In this document: positions 9,327-20,600 of the stretch, one piece after another | Numbering within the stretch: position 1 is the stretch's first letter | Layout: every line of letters begins with the position of its first letter | Origin: an uncultured Planctomycetota bacterium | GTDB lineage: Bacteria > Planctomycetota > Planctomycetia > Isosphaerales > Isosphaeraceae | DNA length: 64,000 nt | Assembly: GCA_963823665.1 (NCBI GenBank) | Contig: CAWGMQ010000008.1 | Span: 672,001 to 736,000 of the forward strand | Direction of reading: 5' to 3' | Notes under the pieces: model-generated | Seen by the model: the letters and a program-made list of their open reading frames with translations, nothing else | What the model was told of the DNA's origin: nothing | Databases searched by the model: none | Program-made: the position numbers and the translations under genes

Positions 9327-9977
9327 ATGGCGGACGAATCAGGCGACAACGAAGCGCTCCTGGAGCGTGCGGCCGCCGGCGAAACAGCCGCGCTCGCCGA
9401 GTTCTGGGAGCGACATCATAAGCGTCTGCGCCAGATGGTGCGGCTTCGGCTCGATCGCCGCCTTCAGGGCCGGGTCGACCCCTCCGACGTTCTCCAGGAG
9501 GCTTACATCGACCTGGCCGCGCGACTCCCCGAGTATGCCCGCGATCGCCCCTTCACGCCGTATCTCTGGTTGCGCCTGGTGACCGGACAGCGGCTCATGG
9601 AAGTGCACCGCCGCCACCTGGGCACGGCGATGCGCGACGCCGGCCGCGAGGTCTCGCTCTATCGCGGCGCCCTGCCGCAGGCCAGCTCCATCTCGCTCGC
9701 CGCCCAGTTGCTCGGCCGGTTTACAACGCCGAGCCAGGCCGCTGTTCGTGCCGAGCGGAAGCTCCAGCTCCAGGGCGTCTTGAACGCCATGGACCCGATG
9801 GACCGCGAGATCCTCGCCCTGCGCCACTTCGAGGAGCTCACAAACGGCGAAGCCTCCGAGGTGCTGGGCCTTTCCAAAACCGCCGCCAATAACCGCTACA
9901 TGCGCGCCCTCGGCCGCCTGCGCAACCTGCTCGAGAGCTTGCCGGGGTTCCTCGAAAAGGCTGAGGGACCGCAATGA
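9327..9977 (+). CDS. Planctomycete-type ECF sigma-70 factor, kinase-associated
   Basis: LRLDRRLQGRVDPSDVLQEA and DREILALRHFEELTNGE; ATGA overlap with the downstream kinase. Confidence 0.92.
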   Translation: MADESGDNEALLERAAAGETAALAEFWERHHKRLRQMVRLRLDRRLQGRVDPSDVLQEAYIDLAARLPEYARDRPFTPYLWLRLVTGQRLMEVHRRHLGTAMRDAGREVSLYRGALPQASSISLAAQLLGRFTTPSQAAVRAERKLQLQGVLNAMDPMDREILALRHFEELTNGEASEVLGLSKTAANNRYMRALGRLRNLLESLPGFLEKAEGPQ

Positions 9978-12900
9978 CGGCTTCCGGAACTTCGGACGAA
10001 CGATTCAGCGCGCTGGCCGACGACTTCGTCAACCGCCAGCGTCTCGGCCAGAACCCTTCTATCGACGACTATGCCGCCGCCCACCCGGACCTGGCCGACG
10101 AGATCCGCCTCGCGTTTCCCGCCCTCTTGATGATCGCAGACTTGAAGCCTGGCCCGCGCGACGCCACCGGAGATTTCGAAGCCGCGTCCGTGGTCGTCCG
10201 CGGCGCTCGCCTCCAGCGGCTAGGCGACTTCCGTCTGCTCCGCGAGGCCGGCCGCGGCGGCATGGGCGTGGTCTACGAGGCCGAGCAGGAATCGCTCGGC
10301 CGCCGCGTCGCGCTCAAAGTGCTGGCGGCTCACGCGATCGCCGATCCGGCGCAGGTAAAACGATTCGAGCGCGAGGCCCGCGCAGCCGCGCAGTTGCACC
10401 ACACCAACATCGTGCCGGTCTTCGGCGTCGGCGAGCAGGACGGGCTCCACTACTACGCAATGCAGTTCATCCCGGGGCTCGGCCTCGATAGCGTGATCGA
10501 GGAGGTCAAGCGGCTTCGCTCGGCGCCCTCGACAAGCACACCGGCCAGTGCTCCTGTGCTCGAGCCGCGGAAGAGCCCCCTCGATATCGCCCCCACTGTC
10601 GCCGGGCTCGCCCGCTCGCTCTTGAGTGAACATTTCGATTCGACCGCCCTGGCCGCGTGCACGCCCGGTTCCATCGACGTGTTGCGGTCCGAGGAGCTGG
10701 GAATGATGGATCATTCCCCCCGGGCGCCGATCGAATCAGCCGAACTTTCTTCCGACGTGGTGCTCGGCCCGTCCGGGCTGTCGTCGACATCGGGATCAGA
10801 CACCCGCTACTGGCGCAGCGTGGCCCGGGTCGGGCTCCAGGTCGCCCAGGGGCTCGAATACGCTCATACGCAAGGCATCTTCCACCGCGATATCAAACCC
10901 TCCAACCTTCTGCTCGACGCCCAGGGAACGGCCTGGCTGACCGATTTCGGCCTTGCCAAGGCGGTCGAGGGCGACGACTTGACCCACACCGGCGACATCG
11001 TCGGCACGATCCGCTACATGGCCCCCGAACGCTTTCAGGGGCGCTGCGACGCGCGGTCGGACGTCTACGCCCTCGGCTTGACGCTCTACGAAATGGTGGC
11101 GCTGCGCCCGGCGTTCGACCACGCATCCCGCCAGGCGTTGATCCGCCAGGTAATGGAAGAAACGCCGCCCCGCCTGCGCAAGATCGTCCCCGGCATCCCG
11201 CGCGATCTGGAAACCATCATCCAGATGGCGATCGTGCGAGAGCCCGGCACTCGCTATGCGACCGCCGGTGCCATGGCCGACGACCTCGCGCTTTTCCTGG
11301 ACGGCAAGCCCGTCCACGCCCGAGATACCGGCCCGATAGAGCGGTGCTGGAAGTGGGCCCGGAGGCGCCCGTTGGTCGCAGGCTTGGTCACCAGCCTGGC
11401 CCTCGCTGTGTGCACAGGATTCGGATTGGTCACCTGGCACTGGCGCGCCGCAGTTGCGGCGCGCGACGAGGCGCTGCGAACGCTCAAGATGGCCAACCAG
11501 GCGGTCAACACTTATTTCACCAAGGTCAGCGAAGAGAAGCTGCTCAACGAACCCGGGATGCAACCGCTCCGTCGTGAGCTCCTGAAGCTCTCGATCCCGT
11601 ACTATCAGGCGTTCGTCGCCCAGCGCAGCGACGACCCCGCTCTGCGGGCCGACCTGGCCAAAGCCTATACCAACTGGGGCAAGGTCACAGGCGATATCGG
11701 CTCGACGGACGACTCGAGAAAACTCCTCAAGACCGCGATTGGCCAGTTCGAGCCCCTCCTCAGGGTCGATCCGTCCAACCGTGATCTTCAGATGAGCCTG
11801 GCACGGACCTATCTATACCTGGCTGAGCTGTCGTACCGGGCGAATGACGTGAAAGGGGGATCCGAAGCGGTCAACCGGTTAGCCGTCCTCTTGACGCGCG
11901 TGGTCAGTGCACCGCCCGACGACCCGGTGGCCAGGCGGATGCTGGGACGCTGCTATGACCTCGCCGCCAGTTTCCGCGTAGACGAAGATCCAGTAGAGGC
12001 GAAGCAGCTTTTCGAGAAGGCCCTGACGATCTTGAACGACGACGTCCGCGACTTCCCTTCCTACACCGAGGCCTGGTGGCAGCTCGCGGGAACCTATGCC
12101 AACCTCGCGTTCCTGCTGGGCCTCTGCGTGCACGGCGACTCGGACGAGGCAGATCGACCCATCTCCAGATCGATCGAAATCCTCAGGAAACTCCGCAACG
12201 ACGAGCCCGGCAGAGCATTGTTCGAGAAGGACCTCGCAAGGGCATTGATGGTCCGCGGCCAGATCTGCCTTTCCAGAGGCACCCTCACGGATGCCGGCGA
12301 AGCTTTCGACGAAGGACTGCTGGTTATCGAATCGGTCGTCGCGAGAAACCCCAACGTTAGCGAGTGTCTACACCGTTTAAGTATGATCCTCAGTTACGTT
12401 GCTGAAATCCGGCTCGAGCAAGGCCGCACCGCGATTGCGCGGAAACTTCTCGAGAAGGCGATTGCCCTTGAGCAGGATCTCTTCCGGCGCGGTGGAACCA
12501 TGGGCCAGAGCGCCGTGAATCTGATCGACTGTCAGTCCATGCTCGCCAGGCTCGAGCGAGAGTCGCGGAGGATGGACGCGGCCAAAAAGGCCATCAGCCC
12601 GCCACGACCGGAGATGCTAGCGCAAATTGCAGCCTCGCCGGACCCGAGTATCATGGGAATCGATTTGAAGGTGTTGCTCGAGGAAGCCTTTCTCGATTCC
12701 CACAGAGCGAAAGACACGTCCCCACAGTTAGGCCCCCTCCTGGAGGGATTACGGAAACGTGAAGACTTGCTGCGGAAGCATCCCGAGGATGTCAACTTCC
12801 GTCACCAGGTCGTCTCGGGATATCTGGCCCTCGGCCAGATGCTAGCAGCCTCCGGGTTAACGGGAGACGCGCTGAAGAAACTTGAAATCGCGGCCTCCCT

Positions 12901-13348
12901 GCTCGCGCCGGGACTGCAACAGGCGCCGCGGAATCTTCGCCTTCAGGCCCAGAAAACCCGGCTCGAAGTAGAGCGCGCCGCTCTCCTGGACCAGGGCGGT
13001 AACTCTGCCCAGGCACGCTCTGCGGCCGAGCACGCCGTCTCCCTCGCCGAGAAACTCGCGGCCGCAGACCCAGCCTACCAGTATGACCTGGCCTGTGCCT
13101 CGGCGCTCCAGTCCCGACTCGATCCGCCCGCCCCCGGCCATCCCAACACTGCCCTCGCCGCACTTCGGAAGGCCATCGAGGCCGGGTTCGATAACATCTA
13201 CAAACTCGAATCCGACCCTTATCTCACTGCGCTCCATTCGCTTGAAGAGTTCCGTCGCCTCGTCAAGCGCCTCAACGACACGAAGCAGCCGAATCTTCCT
13301 GAGAACGAAGACAGACCAGCCGCGCCCACCCATCCCTCCAAGCTCTGA
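9974..13348 (+). CDS. Ser/Thr protein kinase with TM and C-terminal TPR-like region (paralogue 1)
   Basis: GRGGMGVVY, VALK, HRDIKPSN, DFGLA, GTIRYMAPE; TM at about aa 465-490; helical repeats. Confidence 0.95.
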   Translation: MTASGTSDERFSALADDFVNRQRLGQNPSIDDYAAAHPDLADEIRLAFPALLMIADLKPGPRDATGDFEAASVVVRGARLQRLGDFRLLREAGRGGMGVVYEAEQESLGRRVALKVLAAHAIADPAQVKRFEREARAAAQLHHTNIVPVFGVGEQDGLHYYAMQFIPGLGLDSVIEEVKRLRSAPSTSTPASAPVLEPRKSPLDIAPTVAGLARSLLSEHFDSTALAACTPGSIDVLRSEELGMMDHSPRAPIESAELSSDVVLGPSGLSSTSGSDTRYWRSVARVGLQVAQGLEYAHTQGIFHRDIKPSNLLLDAQGTAWLTDFGLAKAVEGDDLTHTGDIVGTIRYMAPERFQGRCDARSDVYALGLTLYEMVALRPAFDHASRQALIRQVMEETPPRLRKIVPGIPRDLETIIQMAIVREPGTRYATAGAMADDLALFLDGKPVHARDTGPIERCWKWARRRPLVAGLVTSLALAVCTGFGLVTWHWRAAVAARDEALRTLKMANQAVNTYFTKVSEEKLLNEPGMQPLRRELLKLSIPYYQAFVAQRSDDPALRADLAKAYTNWGKVTGDIGSTDDSRKLLKTAIGQFEPLLRVDPSNRDLQMSLARTYLYLAELSYRANDVKGGSEAVNRLAVLLTRVVSAPPDDPVARRMLGRCYDLAASFRVDEDPVEAKQLFEKALTILNDDVRDFPSYTEAWWQLAGTYANLAFLLGLCVHGDSDEADRPISRSIEILRKLRNDEPGRALFEKDLARALMVRGQICLSRGTLTDAGEAFDEGLLVIESVVARNPNVSECLHRLSMILSYVAEIRLEQGRTAIARKLLEKAIALEQDLFRRGGTMGQSAVNLIDCQSMLARLERESRRMDAAKKAISPPRPEMLAQIAASPDPSIMGIDLKVLLEEAFLDSHRAKDTSPQLGPLLEGLRKREDLLRKHPEDVNFRHQVVSGYLALGQMLAASGLTGDALKKLEIAASLLAPGLQQAPRNLRLQAQKTRLEVERAALLDQGGNSAQARSAAEHAVSLAEKLAAADPAYQYDLACASALQSRLDPPAPGHPNTALAALRKAIEAGFDNIYKLESDPYLTALHSLEEFRRLVKRLNDTKQPNLPENEDRPAAPTHPSKL

Positions 13349-13398
13349 ATTCAGTGCGTTCGCCCCATGCGTCTATGACCGCATCGGGCGCGAGCCCA

Positions 13399-16197
13399 TC
13401 AACTTGCAAAAGGATCACCCGGCAGCGCAAGATCCATGAGCAGCATCTGGAAGTCGTCTCGGTCGCGCAGAGGCTCCAGTTCGGGGCTGGTTCGGAAAAC
13501 CTCCCGCGTCTTGAACCCACCCGCGACCGATCGTCGCAGCGCCAGCATCGCTTGATCGCCGTAGCGCCGGGCGTCCTCAGCCTCGGAAGGAGAGCGGCTT
13601 GCGGACGCAGGCGGGATGCGCAGTGCCAGGCAGCGCGCCGTGTGATAATGATACGTGGGCCAGCTTTGCGGCAAGGACTCCAGCAGCTTCTCGGCCTCGT
13701 CAAGTAGCTTGAGTGCCTCCGTGTACCGTCCCACCTTGCGGTACAGCCCGGCAAGCCCCGTGTCGCCGATGTCGAGGGCCTGCCTGTATCGAACGGTCTC
13801 GGGAGCGCCCTGCACCAGCTTCTGGATCACGACGCGTGCCTGCTCGTACGATTGGATCGCCTCGGCAGTCTGGCCCAGCTTGCATTGCAAGGCGGCGATC
13901 CAGTTGATGGTATCCGCCCGCTCGGCCTGAACACCTTGGTCGTTGCCGCGGTGGCGCACGCGAGTGTCCCAGATCGCCAGGGCCTCTTGTTGAATGAGCA
14001 GAGCCTTTGCGGGTTCACCCAACTGGTCGAGGAGCATGCCGACATGACTGAGGTTTGAAGCCAGCCTGAGTTGCAAACGAATGACGGTAGGATTATCGCG
14101 GACAAGGGCTCTCCTCAGCGCCAGTGACTTCTCAAGGAAATACAGCGACTGCGCGACCTGGCCCGTCGACTCGAGATTCGTCCCGAGGCCTCGGTATCCG
14201 TCAGCGAGATCATTTTGCCACTTCGAAACTTTTGGCTGGATGCGGACCAGCATCTCAAGCACCGAAATGGCTTCGCGGAAAGACCGATGCGCTGCCGTAG
14301 GCTGATTAACCCGATCTTGCTCCTGACCGTACCCGTAGAGCGCAAGGCCCAATGCGTTCTGAATATTGCCGTCCCGAGGATTGCCACGAGCCAGCGGGAC
14401 CAGGATCGCGAGGGCACGCTCGTGGGAGTGCAGCGAACCGTCTTCCTGGCCCAGAGCCGCCTGTAAGCCGCCGAGAGTCGCGAGGCAATCCGCGAGCGCC
14501 TTCCGAGCCTTTTGATCGGTCGGGTCCTCGTGTAGGATTCGCTCGCGGAGCGAGAGCTCGTGCTGAAACAAGATTAATGACTCGGCATGAGAGCCGAGTT
14601 CATTGGTGATTCTGGCGATTCTCGAGTACGCATGGGCCAGATCGACCAGAAGCTTCGGGTCATTTCCCTGACGTGCGATGAACCGTTGGTAATATTTAAG
14701 CGCATCCTCGAGCAGATTCTTGCGCAACTGGCGAAACTCGCCCAGATCTTCCTGGTTTAGCAGGGTCTCTTCACTGACTCTCAGCAGGTAGTCTTCGACA
14801 GCCTGCCCCGCATCGCGGGCACTCTCCAGAGCCCGTGTCTTTTCTGCCAGCGTCAGCGCCTGCGCCGCGCGCAACCGGGTCGCCGCCTGGTACTGCGACC
14901 AGGCCAGAGCAATCGAGAGTCCGGTCGCCAGCACCAGGCTCGCCGCGGACAAGCCGAAAGCAGCCGCCAGCCTTGGCTGCCGGCGGCACCACCGCACGAC
15001 CCGAGCGGGCGCTCCGAGTGGGCGGGCAAGAACCGGCTCGTTGGCGAGATACCTTCGCAGATCCTCCGCCATTGCTTCCGCACTTGAGTACCGAGCATCG
15101 GGCTCCTTCGACATCGCCTTCCGCACGATCGTCTCCAGGTCGGGCGCGATGCGGCGATCAAGCCGCCGTGGCGCGGCCGGCTCATCATTCTTGACACGAT
15201 CGATCAGTTTCGCCGTACTCGATTCGGCGAAAAGCGGACGAAGCGTGAGCAGCTCATACAAGGTCACGCCCAGCGAGTACACGTCGCTTCGCGGCTCCGA
15301 GCGTCCGTCAAACCGCTCCGGCGCCATATCGCGCACGGTGCCCACGGTATCTCCAGTCTGAGTGAGCCCGGCTTCGCCATCGAATGCCTTCGCCAGGCCG
15401 AAGTCGGTGACCCATACGCTTCCCTGCGTGTCGAGCAGCAGATTCGCGGGCTTGATATCGCGATGCAGAATTCCCTGCTCGTGAGCGTAGGCCAGAGCCC
15501 CAGCAACCTGAAAGCCAATCCGCGCGATCGTTTGGAAGTGATTCGGGTCAGCGCCAGCCGATCCCGCGAGCCGGTCAAAGATCTGGTCCAGGCTCTCGCT
15601 CTCGATGAACTGCATCACATAGTAGAGCTGACCTTCGTCCTCCCCCACACCGAAGACAGGCACGATATTGGTGTGATGCAGCTTGCCCGCGGCGCGAGCC
15701 TCACGGTGGAAACGCTGGACTGATGTCGTCGAGGCGCGATGGACGAGCATGATCTTGAGCGCCGCTCGGCGGCCAAGGGCGAGCTCGATCGCCTCGTACA
15801 CAACGCCCATGCCGCCGTGGCCGATCTCACGAATGATCTGGAAACCGGCGACCGCTGGCAACTGCCGCACTTTGGACAACGATGATTTCGCCGCCAAAGC
15901 GGTGCCGGCACCGGCGCCTTCCGAACTTATCCTCGTCCGATGATCCCGATGCGCCTTGCGCGGTGGGCCGCGGTCCTTGAGCGATTGAAGCACGGCGCAA
16001 TCGAGGCTCTCTTCGCGTCGCTGCGGTGATCGACAATCAACGGCCAGTGCCTCATTTCGCACGACCATGAGGCCTTCCAGTCGCCGCTGACAGAGGGCGC
16101 AGCACTCAACGTGATCCTCGACCGCTTCGTACTGTCGGTCGTCGAGCTGCTCGTCCAGCAAGCGATCCAGTTGGCCGAAGAACGCGCAGCTATCCAT
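13399..16197 (-). CDS. Ser/Thr protein kinase with N-terminal HxxxCxxC zinc-finger, TM and TPR repeats
   Basis: HVECCALC, GHGGMGVVY, HRDIKPAN, DFGLA, GTVRDMAPE; TPR-like C-terminus. Confidence 0.93.
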   Translation of the reverse strand: MDSCAFFGQLDRLLDEQLDDRQYEAVEDHVECCALCQRRLEGLMVVRNEALAVDCRSPQRREESLDCAVLQSLKDRGPPRKAHRDHRTRISSEGAGAGTALAAKSSLSKVRQLPAVAGFQIIREIGHGGMGVVYEAIELALGRRAALKIMLVHRASTTSVQRFHREARAAGKLHHTNIVPVFGVGEDEGQLYYVMQFIESESLDQIFDRLAGSAGADPNHFQTIARIGFQVAGALAYAHEQGILHRDIKPANLLLDTQGSVWVTDFGLAKAFDGEAGLTQTGDTVGTVRDMAPERFDGRSEPRSDVYSLGVTLYELLTLRPLFAESSTAKLIDRVKNDEPAAPRRLDRRIAPDLETIVRKAMSKEPDARYSSAEAMAEDLRRYLANEPVLARPLGAPARVVRWCRRQPRLAAAFGLSAASLVLATGLSIALAWSQYQAATRLRAAQALTLAEKTRALESARDAGQAVEDYLLRVSEETLLNQEDLGEFRQLRKNLLEDALKYYQRFIARQGNDPKLLVDLAHAYSRIARITNELGSHAESLILFQHELSLRERILHEDPTDQKARKALADCLATLGGLQAALGQEDGSLHSHERALAILVPLARGNPRDGNIQNALGLALYGYGQEQDRVNQPTAAHRSFREAISVLEMLVRIQPKVSKWQNDLADGYRGLGTNLESTGQVAQSLYFLEKSLALRRALVRDNPTVIRLQLRLASNLSHVGMLLDQLGEPAKALLIQQEALAIWDTRVRHRGNDQGVQAERADTINWIAALQCKLGQTAEAIQSYEQARVVIQKLVQGAPETVRYRQALDIGDTGLAGLYRKVGRYTEALKLLDEAEKLLESLPQSWPTYHYHTARCLALRIPPASASRSPSEAEDARRYGDQAMLALRRSVAGGFKTREVFRTSPELEPLRDRDDFQMLLMDLALPGDPFAS

Positions 16198-16254
16198 CGA
16201 ACGATCCTCTTGGCCTGTGCCCGCAAAGCCGGCTGACGAGATCTGCCCAAGGCA

Positions 16255-16881
16255 TCACTCCGCGGGCAACGCCTGGGCCGCGTTCTCGAGCGCGACGACT
16301 TCTCGATTCAGTTGCTTGGTCACATTGCTCCTGGATACAAACACGGCCGCGACCTTCATCCCCAGTTGCGCCGCCGCGTCGGCGCCTGACAATCCCTCGA
16401 TCGCCGTGAGGCGGTAGGCTTCCCACGTCTTCAGAGCGATCCGCTCTCGCACTCGCCGCCCCGCCTCCTCGAGCAGTTCCAGGTCGAATTCCGCCTCCAG
16501 TCGCCGAGCCAGATCATCTCGTGCTTCAGCCGTCTGGATCAGCTCGGCCCCGTCAATCCCGCCCCTGGCCACCGCTCCGATACAACTCCGGCGGTCGGCC
16601 ATGTAATCGTGGCAGGCGTTCCTGACCAGCGTTCTCAGCCAACCTCGGAAACTCTGCGCTGGGTCGTACGCAAACCGCCGCATCTGGATCGCGAGCTTTG
16701 CCAGCACTGCCTGAGTGACATCGTTGGCGTCAGCATCCTGAAGCTGCCACGCGCGGCTCCAGCAGTAGATCTTCGCGCCGTAGCGGTCGACAAACTCCTC
16801 CCAGGCAGCCTGGTCCGACGGCCTGTGGCTCAGTCGTAAGAGCAGGCTGACACTCGTGATCGAGGCCTTCGGTTCCGGCAC
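16255..16881 (-). CDS. Planctomycete-type ECF sigma-70 factor
   Basis: TSVSLLLRL...DQAAWEEFVDRYG...DANDVTQ...SFRGWLRT...TWEAYRLTAIEGLSGADAAAQLGM. GTG start at 16881; the longer ORF start only reads through the upstream repeat. Confidence 0.9.
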   Translation of the reverse strand: MPEPKASITSVSLLLRLSHRPSDQAAWEEFVDRYGAKIYCWSRAWQLQDADANDVTQAVLAKLAIQMRRFAYDPAQSFRGWLRTLVRNACHDYMADRRSCIGAVARGGIDGAELIQTAEARDDLARRLEAEFDLELLEEAGRRVRERIALKTWEAYRLTAIEGLSGADAAAQLGMKVAAVFVSRSNVTKQLNREVVALENAAQALPAE

Positions 16882-17104
16882 GTGCCTACCAAGGATCGAG
16901 ATGTTGGTGAATTGGATCAGCCCCGCACCCTCGCGGCCTGTCGTCCAGAATTTCTTGAATCTGTGCTTATAGGTCAGAGCGCCGAACGGAGTAACAGTTC
17001 TGGACTCCAACAATAACCAGGCCGCATGAGGGATGCAAGCTTGCACCCGACTCGGCTGGAGCTTCAGAACCGTTATCGCAGTCAATGTAGTCTGTTTCCT
17101 TGAT

Positions 17105-17429
17105 GGGGCGCGTCTCCGACCCCGCCCTCCCGACCGACCGAAGGTCTCCAGACGATCCCATTGTCGTCTTTCGCTCCGCGAAAGTGCGTCCGAGTTGGGC
17201 GCGGGTCTCCAGACTCCGCCCTCTGCGAGACCGAAGGTCTCCAGACGATCCCATTGTCGTCTTTCGCTCCGCGAAAGTGCGTCCGAGTTGGGCGCGGGTC
17301 TCCAGACCCCGCCCTCTGCGAGACCGAAGGTCTCCAGACGATCCCATTGTCGTCTTTCGCTCCGCGAAAGTGCGTCCGAGTTGGGCGCGGGTCTCATGAC
17401 CCCGCCCTCCCGGCCGACCGAAGGTCTCC
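17105..17429. repeat. BIME-like tandem array: three ~93-bp units plus a partial unit, built from alternating REP-like palindromes
   Basis: GACCGAAGGTCTCC starts at 17136, 17229, 17322 and 17416. Units contain CTTTCGCTCCGCGAAAG and GGGCGCGGGTCTCCAGACCCCGCCC hairpins. Confidence 0.9.
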
Positions 17430-17624
17430 CAACGCCCGCGCCGTCGATCAAACAATGTCACAGCTCCAAAACTTTTTCGCATGCCGCTGTGGATAACCGG
17501 GCGCCGCCCGCATTTTCCTCTGTAGGAGGACGCCAGGAACCGGCGACCCCGCTGAGAACGAAGCGTTCCTCGAAGTCGGAACCGGCAGAGGACCGCGTGG
17601 AGTACCATGCACCGGAGACACTCG

Positions 17625-20600
17625 ATGACCGACTCGGCCAGATCGGAAGACCGCTTCAGCGCTTTGGCTGACGAGTTCATCAAGCGCCAGCGGCTGGGCC
17701 AGAACCCCTCGATCGAGGCCTACGCCGCCGCCCACCCCGATCTGGCCGACGAGATCCGACTGGCGTTTCCCGCGCTCTTGATGATCGATGACTTGAAGCC
17801 CAGATCGGGCGACCCCACCGGCAATTTCGACGTGGCATCGGTGGTCATCCGCGGTGCGAAGTTGGAGCGCCTCGGCGATTTCCGCGTCCTCCGCGAGGCC
17901 GGCCGCGGCGGCATGGGCGTGGTCTATGAGGCCGAACAAGAATCCCTCGGCCGCCGCGTCGCGCTCAAGGTCCTCGCGGCACACGCCGTTCCCGACCCGG
18001 CGCAAGTGAAACGGTTTGAGCGCGAGGCCCGTGCAGCCGCCCAGTTGCACCACACCAACATCGTCCCGGTCTTCGGCGTCGGCGAGCAGAACGGGCTGCA
18101 CTACTACGCGATGCAGTTCATCGCCGGGCTCGGCCTCGACGCCGTCATCGACGAGGTCAAGCGGCTGCGACACGCGACTCGAGCCGCACACCCTCCCACG
18201 CCTCCGGATACCCGGCAGGGCCCCGACGGTTCCGCCCCCACCGCCGCCGCGATTGCTCGATCGCTCGTCACCGAAGCGTTCACCGCGCCTTCCCCAGTTC
18301 GAGTCAGCTCCTCCACAATCGAGCCGGCCCCTCCGGCCGGCCCCAGCGCTGACGTGGACGATCCATCGTTCCGGCTGAGCGCAGAGTCACCCGTCCTGTC
18401 GTCCGAGGCCGCCCTGAGCGCCTCCGGCATCTCGTCGGGCTCAAGCTCTGACTCGAAATACTGGCACAGCGTGGCGCGGGTCGGCATGCAGGTCGCCCGG
18501 GCCCTCGAATACGCCCACAATCAGGGAATCCTCCACCGCGACATCAAGCCGGCCAACCTCCTCCTCGACAGCCAGGGAACCGTCTGGGTCGCCGACTTCG
18601 GGCTGGCCAAGGCCGTCGAGGGAGAGGACCTGACCCACACCGGCGACATCGTCGGCACGATCCGTTACATGGCGCCGGAGCGGTTCCAGGGTCGGTGCGA
18701 CACACGGTCCGACATTTATGCCCTGGGTTTGACGCTCTACGAGATGTTGGGGCTCGCTCCGGCGTTCGAGCACAAGTCCCGCCAGGCGCTCATCCGCCAG
18801 GTCATGGAGGAAGAGCCGCCGCGCTTGCGCAAGCTCGATCCGTCGATCCCGCGCGACCTGGAGACCGTGATCCACAAAGCGATCGCCCGAGACCCCGCCG
18901 GTCGTTATGCCACGGCCGGCGCTCTGGCCGACGACCTGTCCCTGTTCCTGGACGACAAGCCCGTCCGTGCCCGGGACGTCGGCATTCTCGAGCGAACCTG
19001 GAAATGGGCGCACCGCCGGCCGGCGATCGCCGCGCTCCTGGCCGGCCTCGTGGTCACTATTCTCGGTGGCCTGGCGGCCGTGACCTGGCAATGGCGCGCA
19101 GCCGTGACCGCCCGCGACGAGGCGCAAATGGCCCGCGACGAGGCACGCGGCAACCTGAAAGTCGCCAGCAAGGCGGTCGATACGTTTTTCACCACCGTGA
19201 GCGGAGAGCATCTGCTCAACGAGCCTGGAATGCACCCGCTCCGCGAGAAACTGCTCATGCTCGCACTCGCCTACTACCAGGATTTCGCCTCACGCGGCAA
19301 CGACGACCCCTCGCTCCGCGTCGCGCTGGCAAACGCCTACCTCAATTGGGGGACGATTATCGGCGAGTTCCGCAAGACGCAAGACGCGAGAACAATTCTC
19401 CGGACCGCCGTGAATCACTTCAGCAGCCTGTGCCGAGCTAACCCGACCGATCCCGAACTCCAGCGGGGGCTCGCAAGGAGCTATCTCGCCCTCGCCCAGC
19501 AATCGTTACAGGGTGACTACGGCGGCGAAGGGTTTGAAGAGGCGCGAAACGCAGCCGGGCTCTGGGAGGTCGTTGTCCGCGCGCGCCCGAAGGATCCCGA
19601 GGCCAGACGCCTTTTGGGGCGGAGTTACGACCTGGCCGGCGCCTTCCGCTCCGGCACGGACCTGAGCTCCTCCGAGACGTACTTCGAGAAAGCCATCGAT
19701 GTCCTCACCGCAGCCCGGAAAGACTTCCCGTCCGACGCCCCGATCCAGCAGCGTCTCGCGATGGCGATCTCCAACATATCCGCCCTGTACTTGAACATGG
19801 GCGACCCCGGTCGCGCCGCTTTATCCGTCGGCAGATCTCTCGAGATCTTGAAGAAGCTCCACGCCGCAAACCCATCGAGCAACATGCTCCAGAAGGATCT
19901 CTCCAGAGCCATCCGAAATCGCGGCCAGGCTCGCCTGTATTTCGGCTCCCTGAGCGGCTCGGGCGACGACTTCGAGGAGGCCCTCCGGGTCGTCGAATCG
20001 CTCGTCAACAAGAATCCCGAGGTCAGTGACTACCGTTACATCCTCGGGGAAGTCTACACATACCTCGGGCAAGTCAGGGCAGAACAAAATCGGACCGTCC
20101 TCGCCAGAGAGCTCCTCGACCAGGCGATCGTCGGGCAGAAAAAGCTCCTCGAGCAGCACCCGGACATGGTCCAGAACACACTCACCCTTTTCGAGAGCCG
20201 TTGCAACGTCGCGACCATCGAGAGGGAGGCAGGCCGCGCCGATGCCGCGCGAAAAACCCTCGGAGACTCCCTCCCTCGAATGAAACAATACGTTGAATCC
20301 CAGCCTGACGCCACGCACCGGAGGATCTATTTCCAGGCGCTGCTCGAATCCACACTCATCGAGTGCGCCTGCGGTGGAAACGCGGTCGCGCACGTTGGCG
20401 CGCTCCTCGAAGCCCTGCGCGACCAGGAAAACTTCACACACACGCATCCGGAAGACAGCATCGTCCGGTGCGCAGCGGTTGAGTGTGCCCTGGCGCTCGC
20501 CCAGCTTGGTGATGCCCACGATACACCGGCTCTTGCCCTCGAGAAGTTGAATCGTGCGACCGCGCTGATCACACCGGGCCTCGCGATCACCCCCGGCCAT

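Noticed and set aside
17105..17429. CRISPR array
   Set aside because: Whole 93-bp units are near-identical, so there are no unique spacers, and there are no cas genes. It is a REP/BIME-like tandem repeat.
16882..17451. N-terminal repeat extension of the ECF sigma (398-aa ORF)
   Set aside because: It arises from read-through of the stop-free 93-bp repeat; sigma similarity begins at about 16881.
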